IMG/VR virus record: IMGVR_UViG_3300023179_000090
Length of the DNA: 64,000 bases
Source: an uncultured virus (IMG/VR IMGVR_UViG_3300023179_000090)
Lineage: Duplodnaviria; Heunggongvirae; Uroviricota; Caudoviricetes; Demerecviridae
Direction: 5' to 3' (one strand)
The notes beneath the pieces were generated by a model. The model saw nothing but the letters and a program-made list of their open reading frames with translations, had not been told where the DNA came from and ran no database searches. Below are positions 7,755-14,223 of this stretch, in pieces (positions within the stretch are counted from its first letter, which is position 1; each line of letters begins with the position of its first letter). The translations under genes and the position numbers were made by a program.

Positions 7755-8060
7755 CTAGTCAACTAGGTCATGCTCAACGAATACGTCTACAATGTGAGCA
7801 GGCATCTTTACAGTTTCCATATCGCTCCAGCGTCTAAGTGCGATAAGCTCGCCCATCTTGCGATCAAACTTATCATTACTAGAACACCAAGCAAAGCTTA
7901 CGTTATAAAATTTAGCATTGCCACGGTCGATGGTAGGTTCGCAAACCATAGTCATGCCAGGTTCTAGATCGTTCGGTTTTTTAGAATGAACAAATCCGCC
8001 AAATTCGCGCAAAAACGCTTTGAGGTTTTTACGTTCCAATTTTTGAGTAGTGGTAAGCAT
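7755..8060 (-). CDS. hypothetical protein
   Basis: AGGA RBS; WCSSNDKFDRKMGELIAL motif typical of small phage proteins. Confidence 0.7.
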   Translation of the reverse strand: MLTTTQKLERKNLKAFLREFGGFVHSKKPNDLEPGMTMVCEPTIDRGNAKFYNVSFAWCSSNDKFDRKMGELIALRRWSDMETVKMPAHIVDVFVEHDLVD

Positions 8061-8114
8061 AGTATAATTCCTAGAGTGTTGTGAATTTTATAGCGGGGCC
8101 GAAGCCCCTAAGAT

Positions 8115-8441
8115 CTATAACGGCTTGCTATTTGCTAGCGCATCGAAAATCGCCTTGAGAGCCGATTTGTTCGCTTTGGTAAGCGATTCGATGTCGTTTT
8201 CGCTCAAGCGCAGGATCGCGCCGATAGCATCAGCCGTTACATCTTTTTTAACGGGTTTTTCGCCGTTCTTGTTTACATAACTTTTAGCGATGTAAACTTT
8301 TTCACGGGAAAGTTTCGCTACAATTGAGCGAACGGTTTTACCAAGTGCCGACGCAATTTCAGCGACGGGCACACCTGCCTGATAATCTGCTATAATCTTA
8401 GCAGTTTGCTCAGGCGTATAGTTGACAGCCTTTTCAGCCAT
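8115..8441 (-). CDS. T5 A2-like DNA-binding protein, paralog 2
   Basis: AGGAG RBS; HTH-like IASALGKTVRSIVAKLS; resembles my recollection of T5 A2 in size, position and motifs. Confidence 0.7.
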   Translation of the reverse strand: MAEKAVNYTPEQTAKIIADYQAGVPVAEIASALGKTVRSIVAKLSREKVYIAKSYVNKNGEKPVKKDVTADAIGAILRLSENDIESLTKANKSALKAIFDALANSKPL

Positions 8442-8581
8442 TGCTATAACTCCTAGATCGTGGGGGCTTGCGGTATTGCTTCCCTGCCACAGAAACCATT
8501 ATACACGCTTTATGGGCCTAGAATGTCGCCCAGACGACAATTGGCTGCCATTTGTCGGACGAATGGTCGGCGGTATCGTCC

Positions 8582-8664
8582 GACCAGCGGCACCTACCCC
8601 CCGACGAACGGCGGTCCGCGGGGGTTGACACGCGGCCAAAAATTATGATATAATTTTTGGCGCC
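8582..8664 (+). promoter_or_regulatory. cassette 3
   Basis: GACCAGCGG (8582) and GACGAACGG (8603); TTGACA at 8625, 18-bp spacer, TATAAT; TTGGCGCC. Confidence 0.7.
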
Positions 8665-8699
8665 ATATGGCTATAATTTTTATAACGATTTGATGTGCC

Positions 8700-8790
8700 G
8701 ATAAACGGCAGACACCACCCGACAAATGGCAGCAAAATCCCTTGACACGCGGCAAAAAATTATGATATAATTATATCATAATTTTGGCGC
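8700..8790 (+). promoter_or_regulatory. cassette 4
   Basis: GATAAACGG (8700) and GACAAATGG (8721); TTGACA at 8742; TATAAT; TTGGCGCC, then an AGCGCTC...GAGCGCT palindrome. Confidence 0.7.
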
Positions 8791-8828
8791 CAGCGCTCTA
8801 AATTCTATAATTTGGAGCGCTAAATTAT

Positions 8829-9218
8829 TTATAACATTCTAACAATTGGATCGTTTTTATTTATATAATATTCATGGGTTGCCGCTGGTGGCAAGCCATA
8901 CTGTTGCATCATCTTGCACCACATAGGCCCATGCCAAAAGTTGGTAGGATCTTCGCCGTTGATTATAAAATCTGCAACGTGGATTAGTTCATGCGGTACA
9001 ATTACACAAAGCATCTCATGTTTATAACGGTTAAAAAACTTGCTACCAAATTCTACCTCATGAACCTCGCAGTGGGCAAAGCCCGCAGTGCGATACAGTC
9101 TGTTATTGATTCTAACTTTTGGAACCTTATGGTTTTTTAGTTGGGGCCACAATTCCTGCATTGCCGACCAATGCAGGGCTACAGCGGCTGTTACAACTTT
9201 TATCAACGAATCGGCCAT
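8829..9218 (-). CDS. SprT-like Zn metallopeptidase
   Basis: RLYRTAG, PHELIH (HExxH) and WHGPMW motifs. Confidence 0.8.
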   Translation of the reverse strand: MADSLIKVVTAAVALHWSAMQELWPQLKNHKVPKVRINNRLYRTAGFAHCEVHEVEFGSKFFNRYKHEMLCVIVPHELIHVADFIINGEDPTNFWHGPMWCKMMQQYGLPPAATHEYYINKNDPIVRML

Positions 9219-9454
9219 ATCTTATACCTTAAAATTATTGCTACAAGAAACAGATTGATTGCGTAGTTTGCTATAAGAATTATATCGCCCTTGGGTACGA
9301 TATAAACAATCATGAAAACTTCACCCCAAAACCACATCATTAAAAAAGGCCAGGTTAGACCGTCTGAATTTTTACAACGATATGATTCTAGGGCTTGGGG
9401 TACTGCCGAAAAGGCGAGCATTAGCCCGCCAAGCCAACCTAGAATGTCAAGCAT
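9203..9454 (-). CDS. PQ-loop / SemiSWEET-like small membrane protein
   Basis: 83 aa, three hydrophobic helices, GWLGG...AVPQ...KNSDGLT, W..G and AN motifs. Confidence 0.75.
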   Translation of the reverse strand: MLDILGWLGGLMLAFSAVPQALESYRCKNSDGLTWPFLMMWFWGEVFMIVYIVPKGDIILIANYAINLFLVAIILRYKIWPIR

Positions 9455-10133
9455 TGAAATGATCCTTGACCTGAAAGTTAGCCCATGAATAGTTACAAAT
9501 TTTAGATTGCCAATCTTTAGTTGCTATAACTTTTAGTAGCACAGGAATTTCATAGCCTGTTATATCTTCTAGAGCAGTATGTGGTTCTTTGGTGAAAGTA
9601 CCCGTTACAAAACCTGCAACAGCTTCTGCATCTGTTCTAAAAGTCATATTGCCACGCTCGGTGGGAGCATTGAACAGATGGTTCTGCAAAACATAACGCA
9701 AGTATGCTTTGCGGTGGCAAATGATTGCCGATGCCGCGTGCCATAGGCAAAACCTATTAGTGAAACCGTCTAGTATAATTCCTGTATTGCTACATTTTTC
9801 AGAATCAAATGTTAGGTTGTATGCGGTAAGCGTAGGGTTATAAAGTGTAATACATTTATCAAGCCAGCGATTGATAGCACCTACTGATGCCACAACGCGA
9901 CGACCATCATCTAGCATAGTGTTATAATTTTTGATACGACGCTCAAGATTAGCAGCATTGAAAAAACCGGTTTTCTCATTGTACCAAAGTGTAGAAAGTT
10001 CTAAATCTTTGACAATGACGGCAATACTGTCATAGATTTTACCACGACGATCAACGATAACTGCTGCAAAATCTATAACCTTGTTGTCGATGGTGGTTTC
10101 GGTATCGACGATGCAAAAGTATTGCTGTTTCAT
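9447..10133 (-). CDS. DEDDh (DnaQ-like) 3'-5' exonuclease
   Basis: VDTETT, AYNLTFD and EPHTALED motifs. Confidence 0.85.
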   Translation of the reverse strand: MKQQYFCIVDTETTIDNKVIDFAAVIVDRRGKIYDSIAVIVKDLELSTLWYNEKTGFFNAANLERRIKNYNTMLDDGRRVVASVGAINRWLDKCITLYNPTLTAYNLTFDSEKCSNTGIILDGFTNRFCLWHAASAIICHRKAYLRYVLQNHLFNAPTERGNMTFRTDAEAVAGFVTGTFTKEPHTALEDITGYEIPVLLKVIATKDWQSKICNYSWANFQVKDHFNA

Positions 10134-10230
10134 AATTTATAACCTAATAAAGTGAGTGAGATGCTAGTATAGCACAAAAAAGCTGCAAGTGCGTGCCATT
10201 CGTCAGCCCCAGACCGCCGCTCATCCGACC

Positions 10231-10309
10231 GACCAGCGGTCGATAGCACCCGACGAACGGTCGACGAAACCCTTGACACGCTGCAATTTTATATGATAAA
10301 ATTGGCGCC
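10231..10309 (+). promoter_or_regulatory. cassette 5
   Basis: GACCAGCGG (10231) and GACGAACGG (10252); TTGACA at 10273; promoter sequence identical to cassette 2. Confidence 0.7.
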
Positions 10310-10355
10310 ACCGATATAAAAATTATATCGGTATGTTTTTTATAACGTGGAACCA

Positions 10356-10371
10356 TGTTCCACGTGGAACC
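10356..10371. promoter_or_regulatory. parS: parS-like site
   Basis: TGTTCCACGTGGAACC, with an extra half-site ACGTGGAACC just upstream. Confidence 0.75.
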
Positions 10372-10544
10372 TAGTCCCAAAACTCTTCAGGTTCGCTGTT
10401 ATAAAGTTTGTAAAGGTCATCGTACATTCTAGCCAGCCAGCTAGGATCGTTCCAATCTTTGAATGTTCCAAAACTTGGAACAACCGCATACATTTTCTCG
10501 TAGAGTGTTATAAAATCTAGCTGAAGTTGTGTTATGGTTTTCAT
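10371..10544 (-). CDS. hypothetical protein (57 aa)
   Basis: AAGGA RBS before MKTITQ; start adjusted from the ORF track. Confidence 0.6.
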   Translation of the reverse strand: MKTITQLQLDFITLYEKMYAVVPSFGTFKDWNDPSWLARMYDDLYKLYNSEPEEFWD

Positions 10545-10545
10545 A

Positions 10546-11019
10546 TTAGTGTCCTTGTTTGCTTGGAATGTAAACGCCTTCGATACAAAAATAATCACAA
10601 ACCGCTTTGAGATATTGGATGTTATCCTCATAGAAGGTTATATCTTCTATATCGAACATATCTCTGTATTCTTCAATGATAGGCTTGAGTCCGTAAACCT
10701 TGAGAGTAGCACCCGACGAAACATCGCCTTCCGCTCTACTAACTATATGGTCAGGATCGCCTAACTTTGTGCTAATAAATGTAAGATCAGCGTCCCGCAA
10801 AATGCGGGCAGTAGCGATAATAACAATACAGTCTGGATCAGCGTTATCTTTTTTATATTGTTCTGCAAGTGGTAACAAGCTGTCGTCCATTGCACGATGC
10901 TCATTCGCACGCCAGTAGCCAAGGTCGATACGCTCGCCGTTGTTATCAAAAATAGTACGGTAGCGATGTAGTGAGCAAACGATTGTGCCATCCATGTCAT
11001 AAATTGCTATCCTTTTCAT
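10546..11019 (-). CDS. HAD-superfamily phosphatase
   Basis: YDMDGT (motif I), IATAR (II), K (III), FYEDN (IV). Confidence 0.85.
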   Translation of the reverse strand: MKRIAIYDMDGTIVCSLHRYRTIFDNNGERIDLGYWRANEHRAMDDSLLPLAEQYKKDNADPDCIVIIATARILRDADLTFISTKLGDPDHIVSRAEGDVSSGATLKVYGLKPIIEEYRDMFDIEDITFYEDNIQYLKAVCDYFCIEGVYIPSKQGH

Positions 11020-11105
11020 TACAGTGTTCCTTGTTGGTTGCTATGCGCTAATTATACATGCAAGTCAATGCCGTTGAAACCCCCTAAATCGACCACAGAT
11101 CAGAC

Positions 11106-11186
11106 GACCAGCGGCGGATTTGAGCCGACGAACGGTCACCAAAACCCTTGACACGCTGCAAAATTATATAGTATAATTTTGGCGCC
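11106..11186 (+). promoter_or_regulatory. cassette 6
   Basis: GACCAGCGG (11106) and GACGAACGG (11127); TTGACA at 11148; TATAAT; TTGGCGCC. Confidence 0.7.
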
Positions 11187-11208
11187 ATCGCTATAAAAAT
11201 TTGAGCGT

Positions 11209-11370
11209 TCAAATTTTTATAGGTTCCACGTGGAACCTGTGCTTGGTTTCACCGTTTTTCTGTTCTAGTTTTTTATTACGATGCTTGCCTGCACCGGTTT
11301 GGGTACGCAAGTGCCCCTGTCGGGGCTTTTGTCCTAGTTTATAGATCGGTTGTACAGGTATAATTTTCAT
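11209..11370 (-). CDS. 53-aa basic peptide MKIIPVQPIYKLGQKPRQGHLRTQTGAGKHRNKKLEQKNGETKHRFHVEPIKI
   Basis: ATGA overlap with the upstream gene; not in the ORF track. Confidence 0.55.
   Translation of the reverse strand: MKIIPVQPIYKLGQKPRQGHLRTQTGAGKHRNKKLEQKNGETKHRFHVEPIKI
11222..11237. promoter_or_regulatory. parS: parS-like site
   Basis: Perfect palindrome GGTTCCACGTGGAACC. Confidence 0.7.
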
Positions 11371-11591
11371 AATAGTCTAGGCTTTCCAAAACCGCGTTTG
11401 TCCATTTCACCACGAACGCTATCAATCATATAACAGTTGCGCTCGTAGCTAATGTAATCGTTTTCATAATCCCAATAACTGGCCGCGCTACCATCAAAAT
11501 AGTCTAGCAGTTCATCGTTGAGATCTAGCAACTCTTGGTTTGATATAGTTGCTAGATCAGTGCCATCAGGCAACATAATTGTAAAATTCAT
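11367..11591 (-). CDS. hypothetical protein
   Basis: Overlap-coupled within the operon; GAGGAG upstream. Confidence 0.65.
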   Translation of the reverse strand: MNFTIMLPDGTDLATISNQELLDLNDELLDYFDGSAASYWDYENDYISYERNCYMIDSVRGEMDKRGFGKPRLL

Positions 11592-11878
11592 AACATCAGC
11601 TCCTCAGCAGGGTAAGTAATTTTCCCATCAAATTCAAGTTGTTGTTGTTCAAATTGTGTAACATAATCATCATTAACCAGTTCCCAGCCAATGATATATT
11701 CTTTAGTATAGTCGCCATCGTGTTCGATCATATCTTTAGCTAAAAGCATTTTAGCCAATGCCTCAGCATCATCTGCTACGTTTTTTATAAAGTAATCATT
11801 GCCACCCTTCATTTTCCAGTAGGGGTTATGGGCTGAACCGTAGTTCTCGCAAAATTGTGTAGTGATTATAATTTTCAT
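11588..11878 (-). CDS. hypothetical phage protein
   Basis: GAGG RBS; TQFCENYG...PYWKMKGG motif. Confidence 0.75.
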   Translation of the reverse strand: MKIIITTQFCENYGSAHNPYWKMKGGNDYFIKNVADDAEALAKMLLAKDMIEHDGDYTKEYIIGWELVNDDYVTQFEQQQLEFDGKITYPAEELML

Positions 11879-11879
11879 A

Positions 11880-12065
11880 TCAAACCTCGTATCGTTTAGC
11901 TAATTGTTCCTGATGCTTTGCCATTTTAGCATAAGCGTCGCTTTTTGCAATATTGCCTGCAACTGTTTCATTTTTTGAAATGATCCAGTATGCTTCAGCA
12001 TTGCGACGAGCAATGCGAAGCTTTACTTGTCGCATAAACTCGCTATATTTTCTGTTACGGTTCAT
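11880..12065 (-). CDS. basic hypothetical protein
   Basis: GAGGA RBS before MNRNRKY; start adjusted from the ORF track. Confidence 0.6.
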   Translation of the reverse strand: MNRNRKYSEFMRQVKLRIARRNAEAYWIISKNETVAGNIAKSDAYAKMAKHQEQLAKRYEV

Positions 12066-12159
12066 CTTGCTATCCTCTGTCTTGCTATGCTTGTAATTAT
12101 ACACCTATTCTAGTCTGCTGTTGTGCTATCTGTCGGCTATAACCTGCCACACATCAGCC

Positions 12160-12241
12160 GACCAGTGGTAGCTATAACCCGACGAACGGTAGCTGCAAGG
12201 GGTTGACACGCTGCAAAATTATATAGTATAATTTTGGCGCC
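12160..12241 (+). promoter_or_regulatory. cassette 7
   Basis: GACCAGTGG (12160) and GACGAACGG (12181); TTGACA at 12203; promoter sequence identical to cassette 6. Confidence 0.7.
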
Positions 12242-12278
12242 AGCGCTATAAAAATTATAGCGATTTAATTTTTATAGC

Positions 12279-12294
12279 TGTTTCACGTGAAACA
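12279..12294. promoter_or_regulatory. parS: parS site (perfect consensus)
   Basis: TGTTTCACGTGAAACA. Confidence 0.8.
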
Positions 12295-12363
12295 GTAGCG
12301 CGCTAAAAATGTTATCATAAACATAACGTAGCTCCATAATACAAAAACCATAATGTTATTCAT
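12283..12363 (-). CDS. 26-aa hydrophobic peptide MNNIMVFVLWSYVMFMITFLARYCFT
   Basis: ATGA overlap with the upstream gene; single TM-like stretch; stop codon lies inside the parS site. Confidence 0.4.
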   Translation of the reverse strand: MNNIMVFVLWSYVMFMITFLARYCFT

Positions 12364-12572
12364 TCTGCCATAATCCCAGTTATAATATTTGTAGCCTTAT
12401 TAAACTTGGGGTTAGTCAGCTTGCGCCCTAACAGCTTTTGCTTGGCAAGCCACATTAGCCCTGCCATTGAAGTGGGTACAACAAAAAACTGTAACGGTTC
12501 CTCGATGGCAACTTCAGTGCGACGATTAAATGATACAATCTTTGGATCAATTGATAAGCTGGTAAGTTTCAT
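12360..12572 (-). CDS. hypothetical protein
   Basis: AAGGA RBS before MKLTSL; start adjusted from the ORF track. Confidence 0.6.
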   Translation of the reverse strand: MKLTSLSIDPKIVSFNRRTEVAIEEPLQFFVVPTSMAGLMWLAKQKLLGRKLTNPKFNKATNIITGIMAE

Positions 12573-12617
12573 AGCATTATCCTTTTTAGAGCGGGGGAGC
12601 ATAGCTCCCCCTTGGTT

Positions 12618-12941
12618 CTACTGGTTAGAACGGATGAAGGCTACAATTGCGGCAAGCGCAGTCTTGTTCGCCTTCGTCAGAGAATCTATATCATTCTCTG
12701 AAAGGTTGAGAGCCGCACCAATGAAGTCCGCGTGAACGTCCTTTTTGATGGGAGCTTCACCGTTCTTGTTTACATAACTCTTGGCTACGTAAACCTTTTC
12801 ACGTGAGAGCTTAGCAACCACGCTACGAACAGTCTTGCCAAGATTGTGGGCAATCTGATCTACAGCCATGCCAGCTTGGTAATCGCTTACCATGCGAGCA
12901 GTCTGCTCTGGTGTATAATTAGGGGCTTTGGCTTCTGCCAT
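12618..12941 (-). CDS. T5 A2-like DNA-binding protein, paralog 3
   Basis: Close paralog of 8115-8441; AGGAG RBS; first gene of the minus-strand block. Confidence 0.7.
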   Translation of the reverse strand: MAEAKAPNYTPEQTARMVSDYQAGMAVDQIAHNLGKTVRSVVAKLSREKVYVAKSYVNKNGEAPIKKDVHADFIGAALNLSENDIDSLTKANKTALAAIVAFIRSNQ

Positions 12942-12974
12942 TTTTGCTACTCCTGAGTTGTTGAAAGAAATTCT

Positions 12975-13045
12975 ATTATAGGCTAATCGGGCAGGGATTG
13001 CAAGTGAGAATTTCGCCGCCTGTCGGCCTGTATCTACCGTCTGTC
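12975..13045 (-). promoter_or_regulatory. sigma70 promoter with paired LytTR-type boxes
   Basis: On the minus strand: GACAGACGG and GACAGGCGG 21 bp apart, 12 bp gap, then TTGCAA-17 bp-TATAAT. Confidence 0.75.
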
Positions 13046-13289
13046 GGGTTGAGTTGATTCTAATCTTTAGTACAACTTTTGTAATAGATTATAGAATTTA
13101 TATTATAATAGATTATAGAATTTATAACATACTAGGGCGGTTATTAGACCGTTATATTATCTAGAACGGTGGGGCCCTCCAACACGGCCTATTTTTAAAA
13201 ATTTTTGAAAATCCCTAAGGTGCCAAAATCTACACTTGATTATAATTAACAAATCAGATATAATCAAACTAACCACAGGAGCACAGATC

Positions 13290-14069
13290 ATGGACTACAA
13301 AACCATAGCAATCTCCGACGTACACCTAGGCAGTCGTGGATGTAAGGCTAAATTATTGCTCAACTTCTTAAAAAGTAATAACTGTGAAACACTATATCTC
13401 ATAGGAGATATAATAGATGCATGGAAAATACAACAAAACAAGTGGTACTGGCACCAATCACACACAGATGTAGTTCGTGAAATACTTAAAAAAGCCAAAC
13501 GTGGCACCCAAGTTGTATGGATTGCAGGTAATCACGACGAATTTTTACGCCCACTAATTCCTTATAATATTACCTTTGGTAGTATAGTAATAGCCAATCA
13601 GTGGGTACACAGTGGCATAGATGGTAACCGTTACCTATTAGTACACGGCGACTTATTTGATGGTATTACTAGACTAGCCCCATGGATAAGCTTTTTAGGC
13701 GATAAAGCCTACGATGTCTTATTAACCGTCAATACTAAGTATAACTGGTGGAGACATAAATTGGGATTTGGTTATTGGTCGCTGTCAAAGTACTTAAAGC
13801 ATAAAGTAAAGCGCGCTATAGATTTTATGTTTCAATTTGAGCTAAACTTAGCCAACTACTGTACCAGAAAAAAATTTGATGGTATAATTTGCGGACATAT
13901 ACATCGTGCTGAAATCAAAGAACTAAATGGTATAGTATACATGAACACCGGCGATTGGGTTGAGTCATGTACTGCAATATTAGAACACTATAATGGTACC
14001 TGGGAGTTGGCAGAGTGGCACGAGATAAAGCATGAAGATAATATGGACCCTAAGCCTCCTAGTCATTAA
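13290..14069 (+). CDS. PlcP-like / LpxH2-type metallophosphoesterase (putative phospholipase C)
   Basis: SDVHLGSRGCKA, GDIIDAW, WYWHQSH.DVV, GNHDEFLR, HGDLFD, LGDKAYD, YWSLS, ICGHIH and Y.NTGDWVESCTA motifs; AGGAG RBS before MDYKT. Confidence 0.8.
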   Translation: MDYKTIAISDVHLGSRGCKAKLLLNFLKSNNCETLYLIGDIIDAWKIQQNKWYWHQSHTDVVREILKKAKRGTQVVWIAGNHDEFLRPLIPYNITFGSIVIANQWVHSGIDGNRYLLVHGDLFDGITRLAPWISFLGDKAYDVLLTVNTKYNWWRHKLGFGYWSLSKYLKHKVKRAIDFMFQFELNLANYCTRKKFDGIICGHIHRAEIKELNGIVYMNTGDWVESCTAILEHYNGTWELAEWHEIKHEDNMDPKPPSH

Positions 14070-14223
14070 CATCTACGACCCTAACGATATACCAGGTCGT
14101 ATTACACTACAATTACCCAGTCAACAAGTATGCGAACAAGCCATACAATCTATAACAAGCTATGTAAAATTTCCCTGGTTCAAGGTAGAGGCTCGCTGTG
14201 AAAAAAATCTTAGTAATAACTGA
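14032..14223 (+). CDS. small hypothetical protein, possibly secreted, with two Cys
   Basis: Bridges the two enzyme genes with overlaps; hydrophobic N-terminus. Confidence 0.55.
   Translation: MKIIWTLSLLVINIYDPNDIPGRITLQLPSQQVCEQAIQSITSYVKFPWFKVEARCEKNLSNN

Noticed and set aside
7058..8648. Plus-strand ORFs 7058-7249, 7770-7967, 8422-8628 and 8460-8648
   Set aside because: They overlap regulatory repeats or better minus-strand genes and have no RBS.
7339..12300. CRISPR array interpretation of the repeated cassettes
   Set aside because: Repeats are irregularly spaced, separated by whole genes, and contain promoter elements; no cas genes are present.
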